A stretch of 64,000 nt of DNA from IMG/VR virus record IMGVR_UViG_3300035396_001032, positions 17,214 through 81,213 of that record. One strand, written 5' to 3'. Origin of the DNA: a virus (taxonomy: Duplodnaviria > Caudoviricetes). The translations under genes were made by a program, and so were the position numbers. The notes under the pieces were generated by a model. That model saw only the letters and a program-made list of their open reading frames with translations. It ran no database searches and was not told the origin of the DNA. Positions 28,831-39,553 of the stretch are shown piece by piece; positions within the stretch are counted from its first letter, which is position 1; each line of letters starts with the position of its first letter.

Positions 28831-29340
28831 ATGGCAGAAAAAAAATTATTTGGTTTAGTTCAGGAATCCGAACCTTCCGATTCTTCGATGAATATTGCAT
28901 ATGGTAAAGCAACAGAACCAGCAAAAAATATTACATTAGGTAATTTGAAAACATGGATTACTGGTTCAAATCCAATTAAAAGCATTACAGTTGAAATCGG
29001 TTCTTGGAATATGGGTGATGTTGTAGATTCAACAAAATCTATATCACCGCAGCTTAGTGTTGGTAATCCACTCTTTTATAATAAAATAAGGGGAATTAGT
29101 AGTGTGATAATTCGAAGTGATGATTTAGGTAGTGGTACATATCAGCTTTTTGAGTTATTGAGTGATAGTAGTGGTACTGGTGGGTCAAGTATTCCACTTA
29201 TTCAAGTTACTAAAGGTGGTGGTGTGCAAGATGCCATCATCACATTAAATACTCGAACTGGTAGTATATATAGAACCAACCAATATTATAATGACCCATC
29301 AATTAATCGTGGGTGGATAACAATTTTATATGTTGACTAA
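28831..29340 (+). CDS. Putative tail/baseplate structural protein
   Basis: 169-aa S/G-rich ORF in the baseplate operon. Confidence 0.6.
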   Translation: MAEKKLFGLVQESEPSDSSMNIAYGKATEPAKNITLGNLKTWITGSNPIKSITVEIGSWNMGDVVDSTKSISPQLSVGNPLFYNKIRGISSVIIRSDDLGSGTYQLFELLSDSSGTGGSSIPLIQVTKGGGVQDAIITLNTRTGSIYRTNQYYNDPSINRGWITILYVD

Positions 29341-30209
29341 TGAAAATAATACAATCATTTGCACTATTTAAGGAAGGTAGTCCATATACTAAGAATAATA
29401 AGGTGTCACTAAATTTTTATTCATTTTTACTTAGTTATTTGACATTAAATAAGTATTATGGACACGTAACAATGGTATGTAATCAAACTGCATACGATGC
29501 ATTTATAAAATATATTCCATATGATGAAATTATTTTAATGGAAAATAAAAATGATTTCATGTTTTGGAACTTATATAAAGTAGATGCAATGAAAATAATT
29601 AATGATGAATTTATTCACGTAGATTCAGATGTATTTATTTTTGATGATTTGTTTAGAGAATATATTGATGGAGATTATGATATTATTGTTCAAGATATTA
29701 CACCTGCAAATGTAAATGTTGTAACTCAAGATTTTGTGAAAGACAATGCGGAATTTTTATCGAAAAATGATATTATTGATATCAGTGAATATGATGGTAG
29801 ATTTACGAGTTGTGGTACAATTGGAATGAAAAAACATGTTCAACCAATGTATTTTCTTGCTGTGGATAAGTTGTATCGGGGAGTATTGAATAATGAATTA
29901 TTGAATACTGACCCAACACATGCTTTACATAGTTTTCGTCCATCAATAATTACAGAGGAATTAACACTTTATTTTGTTGCAATACGTAATAAATATAGAA
30001 TTTTTGATATATTATCAGAAAACTCTATTGGTGAACATGGTCATGATATTAGTGCTAATATTCACAAATATACGCACATGTGGTTTGATACAAGATTTGT
30101 TGATAAAAATCTTACGTTGATGAGAAATAAAATAAGAACTGAATTTCCATACTATAGAAAATTGGTTGATAAATATGAATTAGAAGTAATGCAAAATCAA
30201 TTATGGTAA
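29340..30209 (+). CDS. DUF6734-like / nucleotide-diphospho-sugar transferase-like protein
   Basis: MKIIQSF...YYGHVTMVCN...FWNLYKVDAM...FIHVDSDVFIF (DxD); looks more AT-rich than neighbours. Confidence 0.55.
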   Translation: MKIIQSFALFKEGSPYTKNNKVSLNFYSFLLSYLTLNKYYGHVTMVCNQTAYDAFIKYIPYDEIILMENKNDFMFWNLYKVDAMKIINDEFIHVDSDVFIFDDLFREYIDGDYDIIVQDITPANVNVVTQDFVKDNAEFLSKNDIIDISEYDGRFTSCGTIGMKKHVQPMYFLAVDKLYRGVLNNELLNTDPTHALHSFRPSIITEELTLYFVAIRNKYRIFDILSENSIGEHGHDISANIHKYTHMWFDTRFVDKNLTLMRNKIRTEFPYYRKLVDKYELEVMQNQLW

Positions 30210-30640
30210 CTGGTACAACATCATATAGTCGATTAGCCGAATTAAAGAAGTATGCAATTGGTGTCCCATTTACTCAACAATATGTTGGTGGTGGCAGTAC
30301 CTCAGTGGATGGCGTTGATTTCACCAATTCAGTATCTGGTGTTAGTGTAACGTATTATATCGCAGGAATTAAATACATCGACAATGTTAGTGCTGTGACT
30401 ACCACATATAGCGTGGCTGCACAGGGTGAAAGTAGTGCTGATTTCATCAACGTACCGTATCAAAAAAATCCGAATGAAGAAAACATAATCAGTAACCCAA
30501 AAATTATTGATGATGTATTTATAATAAGACAAGAATTGTCAGCATTTGATAAAAACTATCGATTAGAATATATAAGAAGTTTAAGTGATTTAACTACATA
30601 TGCTGGTGGTAGATTCTTTAACATAGTAAATAACACATAA
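30203..30640 (+). CDS. Putative baseplate structural protein
   Basis: 145-aa ORF within the structural operon. Confidence 0.6.
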   Translation: MVTGTTSYSRLAELKKYAIGVPFTQQYVGGGSTSVDGVDFTNSVSGVSVTYYIAGIKYIDNVSAVTTTYSVAAQGESSADFINVPYQKNPNEENIISNPKIIDDVFIIRQELSAFDKNYRLEYIRSLSDLTTYAGGRFFNIVNNT

Positions 30641-30641
30641 A

Positions 30642-31544
30642 ATGGCAGTAGGAACATACGGAACAATAAGACCCTCAGACGTTAGTATCGATGATATTGA
30701 CATTTATTACAGCTATTCTCCAAGTAGAGAAATTAGTAATAATACAATCTACAAGCTAACTGCTTCTGAGATATTAACATACAATTATTTACCAACCGAT
30801 GAACAACTTGTTGGAAATGAGAACTTACTTGAAGGACTTTATAATTTAAGACTTCCAGCATCAGTATTCAGTCAATTGGGAATTTACACAATATATATTA
30901 AGCCGAAAAAAGTAACTACGACAATAATTGATTGTAGTGTGTTATCATCATTACCAAGTGTTAAGGGAATTGTGCTCGATAGTAATCAATTGCCAGAAGC
31001 ATTGAGAGCAAATAATGCATTGCAAGGATATCGTATTGAATATATCGACCCACAGACAAACAATAAGATAAGAAATGTTGTACGATATGTAGTTACATCA
31101 AATAAGGTTAGTGTAATTGAGGGTAATGTTGGAAATACAAGTCAGAAGACTGTGAGATATAAATTTGATGACAGTAGTTCATTACTTTTCTTACAATTAA
31201 CTCCAAGCAGTTCAACAGATGTTAAACCAAATGCATCACCATTTATTGGAAATCCAAATCAAACAATTATAATTTCTAATACATTCTTTTCACCATTGGT
31301 TCTTGAAGTCGATATGGTTCAGAATACAATCGATACACTTTCAGATATTGTAGCAGGTGAACAGGTTAAGGATGTTGATAATGGTATTCTAACATATTAC
31401 GATTCAAATAGGGTGATAACCAAACAGTTTAATATATTTGAAATAAAAGATGATGTTAATAATGTTCCATTGTTTGAAGTAAAAGAAAAACGAACAAATA
31501 TTGACGAATCACAAAACTTTGATAACGTTATTAGTGGTATATAA
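30642..31544 (+). CDS. Putative baseplate/tail structural protein
   Basis: 300-aa beta-rich ORF in the structural operon, followed by a terminator. Confidence 0.6.
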   Translation: MAVGTYGTIRPSDVSIDDIDIYYSYSPSREISNNTIYKLTASEILTYNYLPTDEQLVGNENLLEGLYNLRLPASVFSQLGIYTIYIKPKKVTTTIIDCSVLSSLPSVKGIVLDSNQLPEALRANNALQGYRIEYIDPQTNNKIRNVVRYVVTSNKVSVIEGNVGNTSQKTVRYKFDDSSSLLFLQLTPSSSTDVKPNASPFIGNPNQTIIISNTFFSPLVLEVDMVQNTIDTLSDIVAGEQVKDVDNGILTYYDSNRVITKQFNIFEIKDDVNNVPLFEVKEKRTNIDESQNFDNVISGI

Positions 31545-31569
31545 TCACTGATATTGAATTAATTTGAAG

Positions 31570-31604
31570 AAATCCCAATCCAATAGATTGGGATTTTTCT
31601 TTTT
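31570..31604 (+). terminator. Intrinsic terminator
   Basis: AAATCCCAATC-caata-GATTGGGATTT plus T-rich tail. Confidence 0.85.
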
Positions 31605-31607
31605 ATC

Positions 31608-31616
31608 GTATTTATA
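31608..31616 (+). promoter_or_regulatory. GTATTTAT phage promoter motif
   Basis: GTATTTATA 25 nt before GTG 31633. Confidence 0.7.
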
Positions 31617-31632
31617 GTAAATCGTAAAGACT

Positions 31633-34600
31633 GTGGCAAAAGTAAAAGTAACAAACACAAATCTCAACCAAAATCTAAATGGTACTAATTTTAACGACAC
31701 TCCTTCCAGTACGATATTTTCGTTTGGTAAGTTTTTCGTTACATCAAACTTTGATGGTAAGACTACTATAGATTACACCAACACATTAAGTTCTTTTGTT
31801 CGCCCAGTTACATTAGAAACAATGGGTGTGACAGATACACAGTCACAGATACTACAAACATATTCTACAAATGCGGTACTAAACCTTGATAAATCCGACT
31901 TAAATACGTTCGTTAGATATGGTTCAGCATACGAATTCTTAAGGGTTTCGATACAAAATATTATATTGGCATACCCCGGGAGTTTGTACGCCAATACTCA
32001 GAAAAGACAAGGTGGTGTTCAAACATTTTCAGGATTTACATATGATGTTGTGAATAACGTTAGTACATTTTATGTTCCGACAGGATGTACAGTAAATACA
32101 TTTGGTATTGTGTTCAATAATGGAAATGAAAATGTACCAGATAATTCGGAATTAAAAAATCTAAACGTTTCATATAGCAAATATGTTATATCTACATCAC
32201 TTGAACCCGATGCATCGTATCCAGTAATTGGTTTCACTGGAAATACAATTAATAGTAGTAATAATCTTAAAAAAAATTATTTAAGATTTCAAGTTACTGG
32301 AAATCCATTTGCAGTATACGGAACAGGTAATACAGGTTTCTTAAGTTTTCACATTAAACCAAATAATCTAATTTTTGAGGAATATCGAGCATTATTGAAT
32401 CCATATGAAAAATTTATTGTTTCAAATAGGGATGGTGTAAATGGTTTTAAGTTCACGCTAAAAGACCCAACTTTACTTGATGACGGTACTATTACATATG
32501 CGGATGCAACATTGCTTTGGAATACTTCTGACGGTTATAATGTAGATATTAACACACCATCATATCAACAGTTTTTGAAAATTGCATTAACTATTGGTGC
32601 AAAATACGATAAAGTAAAAACTGACTTAATTGCCAGATTTTTAACTCCTGCGTCACTTAAGACATATGACTATACTGAAGACGGTAAAATAACAAAGTTA
32701 TTGAGAATATATGGTAGTGAATTCGACCAAATTAGGGAGTTTATTGATTCTTTGGTGTATATCAATAAGGTTACATACGATAAATTAAATAACGTTCCAG
32801 ACCAATTGGTTAAGAACCTATCAAGAACATTTGGATGGGATTATTTCTCATTGGTAAATGAGGCAGAGTTGGTTGAAAGTTTTTTAACTATTGACAGTAA
32901 TGAAAGAAATTTAAATGAAGACATACTTCCTGCAGAAATTGATGTTGAACTCTGGAGAAGAATTATAAACAACACCAGCTATTTTTGGAAGTCTAAGGGT
33001 ACTCGTCAGGCAATAAAATCGATGTTTTTATTAATAGGAATTCCTGAACCATTTATAAATATTACAGAATATGTATATACAGTCGATGGAATCATTAACC
33101 CAAATACTGTGACATTAAGTCAATTGGACTTCCCTAATGCTTCATTACCTTATGATACTGAAGGTTATCCAGTAGCACCTCTGGAGTCATCATCATTTTA
33201 TTTCCAGATTTCTGGTGATACAGATGGTGGTCAAGCATATATGAACAATTTTCGTAATGCAGGTTTTAATTTAAGTCAGACGGTTGACAATAAAAAATCG
33301 TGGATGCAAACTGGTTCAACCACCAGAACACATTATAGTACCCCACAATATTATCAAGAAGATAGTAAGTTGATACTTAACACAAAAGAGGTTGATATTG
33401 CATTAGATACTGCGCAGGGCATTGAATATGACGTTTATAAGTATATTCAAGAAGATTTCAAGGCAAATTCAAGTGGATATACACTTTCTTATTCATATGT
33501 TAATATTTCATTAGGTGTTGGAGCAAGTCAAACAACATTCCCTCTACCACAAAAAACACAAGGAGATTTTGAGGTTAGATATAATGGAATTTTATTAAAT
33601 GCACCAAAGACTGGAACAACTACTGGTGTTACATATCGTGCAGATTATAGTATTGATTATGTAAACAATACATTTACATTACTTGGTGGAATTGCAATAA
33701 ATTCTGGTAATCGTAGGGATGTTATTCAAGCAACATATGTTTATAGTGGTGCAACTTCACAACCAATTAGTGGTATTACTGTACAATATGTTGTAACGAG
33801 AGTTAAACCAAACATAACTGGTACTATAATTCCATTGCCAAGTTATCCTCGTGGTGATGTGCAGGTTACTATTAATGGTATTGCACTTACGAAGGGTACA
33901 CCACAGTTCAATGCAGACTACATACTTGACCCAGCAAATACTACTGGATATAGTCAAATTATTGTAAGTAATCCAGATGTAATCGCATTTCTTGCAGGTA
34001 ATCCTGAAGTGCAAATTGCATATGTTGAAGTTAATGGAAGTAATGATATTAATGCAAGAAGTGAGATTGTAAGGATTGACAGTTTTAACTCAAGCAAGAT
34101 TTATTTTAATCCTTCGGCAAACAAATACGTTTACAAGCTCAACTATAAAATGAATAATGCCAGCGATGTTAAGTTATTAATCGATGGTATTGCATTAGAA
34201 CCTAACATGGACTATAGTCTTAATGTTATGAACCCTTATGAAATTTTCTTACCAAAGGGTTTAAGATATGGTACAGTAATTAGTGCCTATTATCTTGTTG
34301 GTGGTAATGCAGCATTTGCACCAGTTGTTGGTGATTCATTTGGTCTTGGAGACATAAGTAAACTATCATTTCTCGAATTCCTTGAATTGGTTCAGAGAAA
34401 AATGATTAATGCAAGAAATAGAAAAACAATTTCAGATTTTAAGGGCGGTTGGTATCCAACAGTTCTTCAAATCTATGAAATGTATCTACAAAGAGCCAAT
34501 TTACCTGCAGATGACCCATTACATTCAAATGGTTATACTTTTGAAAACTTATATCCATTTTTGAGTAAATATAATGCATTCTTCCAAAGATTTGTTGACC

Positions 34601-36021
34601 AGTTATTATCTGCAACAATTATTATGAAGAGAAGTGGTTTATTGGTTAGAAATTCAATATTTACTAAACAAAAATTCATGTACAAAAGGGGAGTAAATGT
34701 TTCTGATGTTACATATGTTACTCCACCACCAGACCCATATTATTATGGCGGTTCAACACCTATTGGTCTTGGTAATCTAACTGGTAGAGCAACTGCTCAG
34801 TATCTTGGTGATGATGGTAGTATGTTTGTAATTGCACAAGAAGCTGAGTTACCACCTATTGAATTATATGTTGAAACTAAAGCAGGTAGTGCTGGAATTG
34901 GTAGATTAAATAATATAGGAGGTAAAAATATCAACTATCACGATATAATTAATCAATATGGCGTACAGTATAGACAAGGAACGTCAGGTGCATGGATTCA
35001 ATATCCATTAATAAATGGTGCTCCATTAACTAATAATTATTCTCTTAGCATATCTGGTTTAACTGAAGACACTACTTATCAATATAGGGCAATCATTAAG
35101 TCAGATATTCTTAGTGCAACAGGTAATATATTATCGTTGAAAACATTATCATCTGCAGTAGTTTACCCAACACCTTCGGGATTAACCACACAGAATACAA
35201 GTGCAACATCAACATCACTTGTTGGTACTGGTGCGCATACAATTCAAGGATATGACCGCATAGATTGGTATGGTATGCAGTATAGTGCAACAACTTGTGC
35301 ATCTGCATTTAATGTGACTCCAAGTACGTTTAATGTTGGTAGTGGTGCTGCAACATGTAATGTAACGGTTGTTGGCGATGTTACAAATACGTTTGGCGTT
35401 ACAACATCATATCCTCTTGGTCAACCAACTGGATGGCTATTTCCAGTATTACCCGACCCGCCAACACCTGCAGGAATAATACAAACTGTTTCTGTGTGTG
35501 CTAATACTGGTGTTGCAAGGACTGGTTGTACGGTTTATACACCAACTGTTGGTACTGCAAAATGTGTTGTATTTAATCAAGCGAATGGTGTTCCAGCATC
35601 TAACGCAATTAATGTTTGTTGTATTGGTAGTTCAACAACTCCAAGTGATTCAGATATGTGTGGTAAATTATGTCCAACAACAACAATGATAAGTGGTCAA
35701 AATTATTATGCAACATTTAATTGGCGTATAACAAAAGCAGCATCAAGTATTATTGCAGGTGCTTGTGTTTGTATCGTATGTAATGGTACTTGCTTATATG
35801 GCTGCGCAATAGACACGAAACTCGCAAAAAATTTATCAGGAAACTGGAGTGGAATACCTGTGGATTATAACGATAATGTTTATTTATGTGCTTGTGCATG
35901 TAATGACAATCCTTCAGATAATGTATTGGGATGTATAACATTAGCATCAATAACAAATGGTGTTGGTACATATAGTATTGGTACACCAACATATGTAATT
36001 AGTACTGTGGGTAGTGCATAA
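31633..36021 (+). CDS. Large baseplate wedge/tail protein (gp7/P2 gpI-like core) with FN3-like and Cys-rich C-terminal modules
   Basis: LVKNLSRTFGW...ELWRRIINNTSYFWKSKGTRQAI resembles gpI/gp7-type wedge proteins; ISGLTEDTTYQYRA FN3-like strand; 18 Cys in the last about 240 aa. Confidence 0.7.
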   Translation: MAKVKVTNTNLNQNLNGTNFNDTPSSTIFSFGKFFVTSNFDGKTTIDYTNTLSSFVRPVTLETMGVTDTQSQILQTYSTNAVLNLDKSDLNTFVRYGSAYEFLRVSIQNIILAYPGSLYANTQKRQGGVQTFSGFTYDVVNNVSTFYVPTGCTVNTFGIVFNNGNENVPDNSELKNLNVSYSKYVISTSLEPDASYPVIGFTGNTINSSNNLKKNYLRFQVTGNPFAVYGTGNTGFLSFHIKPNNLIFEEYRALLNPYEKFIVSNRDGVNGFKFTLKDPTLLDDGTITYADATLLWNTSDGYNVDINTPSYQQFLKIALTIGAKYDKVKTDLIARFLTPASLKTYDYTEDGKITKLLRIYGSEFDQIREFIDSLVYINKVTYDKLNNVPDQLVKNLSRTFGWDYFSLVNEAELVESFLTIDSNERNLNEDILPAEIDVELWRRIINNTSYFWKSKGTRQAIKSMFLLIGIPEPFINITEYVYTVDGIINPNTVTLSQLDFPNASLPYDTEGYPVAPLESSSFYFQISGDTDGGQAYMNNFRNAGFNLSQTVDNKKSWMQTGSTTRTHYSTPQYYQEDSKLILNTKEVDIALDTAQGIEYDVYKYIQEDFKANSSGYTLSYSYVNISLGVGASQTTFPLPQKTQGDFEVRYNGILLNAPKTGTTTGVTYRADYSIDYVNNTFTLLGGIAINSGNRRDVIQATYVYSGATSQPISGITVQYVVTRVKPNITGTIIPLPSYPRGDVQVTINGIALTKGTPQFNADYILDPANTTGYSQIIVSNPDVIAFLAGNPEVQIAYVEVNGSNDINARSEIVRIDSFNSSKIYFNPSANKYVYKLNYKMNNASDVKLLIDGIALEPNMDYSLNVMNPYEIFLPKGLRYGTVISAYYLVGGNAAFAPVVGDSFGLGDISKLSFLEFLELVQRKMINARNRKTISDFKGGWYPTVLQIYEMYLQRANLPADDPLHSNGYTFENLYPFLSKYNAFFQRFVDQLLSATIIMKRSGLLVRNSIFTKQKFMYKRGVNVSDVTYVTPPPDPYYYGGSTPIGLGNLTGRATAQYLGDDGSMFVIAQEAELPPIELYVETKAGSAGIGRLNNIGGKNINYHDIINQYGVQYRQGTSGAWIQYPLINGAPLTNNYSLSISGLTEDTTYQYRAIIKSDILSATGNILSLKTLSSAVVYPTPSGLTTQNTSATSTSLVGTGAHTIQGYDRIDWYGMQYSATTCASAFNVTPSTFNVGSGAATCNVTVVGDVTNTFGVTTSYPLGQPTGWLFPVLPDPPTPAGIIQTVSVCANTGVARTGCTVYTPTVGTAKCVVFNQANGVPASNAINVCCIGSSTTPSDSDMCGKLCPTTTMISGQNYYATFNWRITKAASSIIAGACVCIVCNGTCLYGCAIDTKLAKNLSGNWSGIPVDYNDNVYLCACACNDNPSDNVLGCITLASITNGVGTYSIGTPTYVISTVGSA

Positions 36022-36027
36022 AAATTA

Positions 36028-36036
36028 GTATTTATA
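36028..36036 (+). promoter_or_regulatory. GTATTTAT phage promoter motif
   Basis: GTATTTATA 30 nt before ATG 36058. Confidence 0.65.
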
Positions 36037-36057
36037 TGAAAATAAAAGGTATTTAAT

Positions 36058-36579
36058 ATGACATGGTCAACTACAACACCCTTAAAGGCGGGTCCGCTTG
36101 GTAGTAATTCATATAATTTCACAATTACTGGATTAACTGAGGGTACAAATTATATTTATAGAGCATATTTTCTCGTGGATAGTGTGGAGTATTATGGAGA
36201 CATACTTACAGGAACAACATTATCTGCATCACTTGTAGTGCCAACAATGACTACAGGTATTGCTACGAACATACTTTCAGTTGATTTTTTTGTCACAGGC
36301 AATACTGTTGACAATAATGGTGGTGCACCTATCTTGGAATATGGTACGTTACATACACAAATTGGTGTGGCAGGTAGTCCTGCCCATATGACATATACCA
36401 ATCCTAATGTTAATATAGTCTCAACGCTTTCCAATATCTCGGTTGGTATTCCATATACTAATACCGTAACTGGTCTTGCTGAAGGTACATTGACCTATTA
36501 TCGTTCATTTGCAAGGAATGCTCTTGGTGTTGGGTACGGTAGTGTTAAAACTGCATTAACTGAAACAGGTGGAACGTAA
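36058..36579 (+). CDS. FN3/Ig-like domain virion protein
   Basis: ITGLTEGTNYIYRAY and VTGLAEGTLTYYRSFARN..GVGYG are FN3-type C-terminal strands. Confidence 0.7.
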   Translation: MTWSTTTPLKAGPLGSNSYNFTITGLTEGTNYIYRAYFLVDSVEYYGDILTGTTLSASLVVPTMTTGIATNILSVDFFVTGNTVDNNGGAPILEYGTLHTQIGVAGSPAHMTYTNPNVNIVSTLSNISVGIPYTNTVTGLAEGTLTYYRSFARNALGVGYGSVKTALTETGGT

Positions 36580-36591
36580 AAAAAATTACTC

Positions 36592-36600
36592 GTATTTATG
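36592..36600 (+). promoter_or_regulatory. GTATTTAT phage promoter motif
   Basis: GTATTTATG 24 nt before ATG 36616. Confidence 0.7.
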
Positions 36601-36615
36601 ATAAAGAATAAATAA

Positions 36616-37920
36616 ATGGCATTCATCGATAAAAGTGACCCAATTGTATTAAACATAAAATTAACTTCTAAAGGTAGGGAATTACTATCGAGAGGCACGT
36701 TAAATTTTAAGTATTATGCTCTTGGTGATAGTGAAATGAATTATGAATTAAATGCTGAATTAGAAGCAGCAGATGCTAACTATACTGCATTTAATGCGAA
36801 TATATTAAGACCTGTGGATAAGAATCCAAACATTATCTCATTTATTCCAAGAAATTTAAATGGTGACCCATATAATTTACTTTCAACAGTACCTGTAACT
36901 TCATATGTTGTTGAAAACTCGATTGAACCAATAGGTTTTTTTGCCAATAGTGGAACTACATTTATTACTGATAGTAATCATGTGAAACAACCTGATGCAA
37001 GAGTTCAAGTTAGTACAGTTACTGGTGGCTATAATTTAACATTAAAAAAAGCAAGTACATATGGTTCAAGTGGTGAAGAACCTAAAGCTGGAGACCTATT
37101 GTTTATTAGATGGACTCATGGAAGTAGTACGACTTCAAGCACATATGCAGTTAACAAGACTTATCCAACCCCGAATCTATTTTACAAAATTGTAAATATT
37201 AATGCTGGTGCATTAGCTAATGTAAATGGTGTTAGTGTTACTGTTGATAGGTTGCTACCTAATTTCACAGGAGTAGTTAGTACAGTATATGCTGCAGCAA
37301 TGATTTACTACAATCAAATTGATTTCAGTGGAAATACTGCATTTAATATGACATCTACTGAATATCTTGATGAAAGTGTAATCTCATTTTTACAAAACAG
37401 TCAATGTCCAACAATCGTATTTCCATTTTGGAATATGACAATTGTTCATACAGAAGAAATTGCTGGTGTACAAGCATCAAACTTGAAATTCACTCAATTT
37501 AAAAACAAAGCATTTGGTGGATTCGTATCATACATTCAAAATCAAGCACCTGCTTATAAAAGACTTGGAGTTATTCATTACACGAATTCAAGTCCTGCAA
37601 ACGTATATGCAGAAGGTTTTAATTTAAAAACACCTGTGCTTGATATACCAACAATAATGTATCACAGGTCAACTGGAAAAACATTAGGATTGAAATTGGT
37701 GGCAAAGGGTGCATTAAAATATTTAACTGGTGCAAAAAAATCATTAAATCTTAGGTATTATAACTTGTATGATATTAATGATTTATCACTAACATATCCA
37801 CTTGGCAAAGTATTTAATGATTTAAAAGTGTTTGTAATTGAAGACCAAGAACTATTATATGCAATGTCATATAAGTCAAATAGGTCTTGGACATTACCAA
37901 ATTACGCAATAAGTAAATAA
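36616..37920 (+). CDS. Putative baseplate/tail structural protein
   Basis: N-terminal VLNIKLTSKGRELL..G.LNFKYYALGDSE.NY resembles jumbo-myovirus baseplate-associated proteins (recollection, unverified). Confidence 0.55.
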   Translation: MAFIDKSDPIVLNIKLTSKGRELLSRGTLNFKYYALGDSEMNYELNAELEAADANYTAFNANILRPVDKNPNIISFIPRNLNGDPYNLLSTVPVTSYVVENSIEPIGFFANSGTTFITDSNHVKQPDARVQVSTVTGGYNLTLKKASTYGSSGEEPKAGDLLFIRWTHGSSTTSSTYAVNKTYPTPNLFYKIVNINAGALANVNGVSVTVDRLLPNFTGVVSTVYAAAMIYYNQIDFSGNTAFNMTSTEYLDESVISFLQNSQCPTIVFPFWNMTIVHTEEIAGVQASNLKFTQFKNKAFGGFVSYIQNQAPAYKRLGVIHYTNSSPANVYAEGFNLKTPVLDIPTIMYHRSTGKTLGLKLVAKGALKYLTGAKKSLNLRYYNLYDINDLSLTYPLGKVFNDLKVFVIEDQELLYAMSYKSNRSWTLPNYAISK

Positions 37921-37928
37921 ATATTAAA

Positions 37929-38630
37929 ATGAATTATACTGTTTTTACAACATATGCCTTAGTTCCAACTGGAAACACTGCTGGATATAAACAAGCAATA
38001 CATTGCAATTATATTAAAAGTGTTGAAATCGATACCGATAATCTATATATTCAAGAAATTAGTTTGAATTTCTCTAATAGTAGTGATTTTAAGTTTTTAA
38101 ATACAGGCATTGGTTCTACAGGATTTACTGTACATAGAATTTACATGTTGATTCAAACAGGTATTACTGCAACAAATCTTAAACCAGATGCTGCAAACTG
38201 GAAGGTTTATGATGTTACGAGTCAAATTACTGGATATGCGGGTGTGTTAACCCCTTCTGGATTAACAGGTGTGGTATTCAAAGCACCACTAAACCTTTAT
38301 GCAGGGAAATCTACATATGATTTATCGTATCTTAATTACCCATCAACAAGTCAAACCTCAGCATTAGCATTTGGTGATGAAACATATTTCTTTGGAAATG
38401 TGACAACTGATATTAAAGCAGATGTCTATACCACAGACTTATCGATTACATTATCATTAAACCAATTCAATTCAAGTGATAATTTAACTTGGACTGGTGG
38501 TAAGGTTTATGTAACAGAAGTTGGACTATATGATAGCAACAAAAACCTTGTTGGTATTGCCAAACTTAATGACCCTGTTCCCAAAGATTCTTCGATTTCC
38601 AGAACAATTGTATTCGCAATTGATTTTTAA
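37929..38630 (+). CDS. Tail-collar-fibre/baseplate-like protein
   Basis: C-terminal YVTEVGLYDSNKNLVGIAKL..PVPK, typical of tail-collar/fibre-attachment domains. Confidence 0.65.
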   Translation: MNYTVFTTYALVPTGNTAGYKQAIHCNYIKSVEIDTDNLYIQEISLNFSNSSDFKFLNTGIGSTGFTVHRIYMLIQTGITATNLKPDAANWKVYDVTSQITGYAGVLTPSGLTGVVFKAPLNLYAGKSTYDLSYLNYPSTSQTSALAFGDETYFFGNVTTDIKADVYTTDLSITLSLNQFNSSDNLTWTGGKVYVTEVGLYDSNKNLVGIAKLNDPVPKDSSISRTIVFAIDF

Positions 38631-38673
38631 TTAAAGAAAATCATAAAATTTTATATTTTTTTATAGTTTCTTA

Positions 38674-38682
38674 GTATTTATT
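38674..38682 (+). promoter_or_regulatory. GTATTTAT phage promoter motif
   Basis: GTATTTATT 35 nt before ATG 38709. Confidence 0.55.
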
Positions 38683-38708
38683 ATAAATTATGACAATAAT
38701 AATAATTT

Positions 38709-38936
38709 ATGATACATATGAAAGAATTACTTACACTTAGTGACACAAAGCCAAAATCAATAATAATTGAAGGCGACCTACACAATGCATTCAAGCTATT
38801 ATGTAAAGGAAAAAGTATGAAAATTGGTGGAGTTATTGAAGATTTAATCAAACTTTATCTCAGAGACCCCAAGAATGTTCAAAAAATGATTGATGAAATG
38901 AAAGACGAAAGAATAGTTTTTCAGCAGTTAAAATAA
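38709..38936 (+). CDS. Ribbon-helix-helix DNA-binding protein
   Basis: KSIIIEGDLHNAFKLLCKGKSMKIGGVIEDLIKLYL fits the RHH beta-alpha-alpha pattern. Confidence 0.7.
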   Translation: MIHMKELLTLSDTKPKSIIIEGDLHNAFKLLCKGKSMKIGGVIEDLIKLYLRDPKNVQKMIDEMKDERIVFQQLK

Positions 38937-38941
38937 TCAAT

Positions 38942-39553
38942 ATGGAAAAATATATCTGGTCATTAGACATAAGTACTACTAATATAGGTAGTGCTTTATG
39001 GGATAATAAGGGCAAACTTATTGAACTCAAGCATCTTGAGTTAAAAACTGACAAAAATACTCCTGTTGAGGACAGGGATATTCACAAGGCAGAAATTTTC
39101 AGGAAATACGTTGAAGATTATAAGGCACGCATTTTAAATGAACTCAATGGTGAAATTATTCACATTATTGTTGAAGAACCTCTGGGTGGCAGCAATAACG
39201 CAAATACTGTGTCATTACTATATGGTTTCAATGGTATTTGTAGGTATATATTATTTACAATCTTTGAAATATATCCCAAGAAAATTAGTGTATATGATAG
39301 TCGTAAGCTATTCTGTACTGAATTGGTTAAAATTTCTAAGGTAAAGGGTGAGTTAAAAGAAACACTTAGTTTCCCACCTGAATATCGTGATGAAAAAAAG
39401 TTGTATATCTGGAAAAAGGTTTGTAATTTAGAGCCGCAAATTGAATGGTTTTACAAGAAAGACAGTAAAGAACCAAAAGACATGTGTTTTGATATGTCAG
39501 ATAGTTATGCTGTTGGCTTTGCAGGACTTAAGCAATTGGGTATTATTAAATGA
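38942..39553 (+). CDS. RuvC-like Holliday junction resolvase
   Basis: IWSLDISTTNIG (Asp1), IIVEEP (Glu), DMSDSYAVG (D-x-x-D). Confidence 0.8.
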   Translation: MEKYIWSLDISTTNIGSALWDNKGKLIELKHLELKTDKNTPVEDRDIHKAEIFRKYVEDYKARILNELNGEIIHIIVEEPLGGSNNANTVSLLYGFNGICRYILFTIFEIYPKKISVYDSRKLFCTELVKISKVKGELKETLSFPPEYRDEKKLYIWKKVCNLEPQIEWFYKKDSKEPKDMCFDMSDSYAVGFAGLKQLGIIK

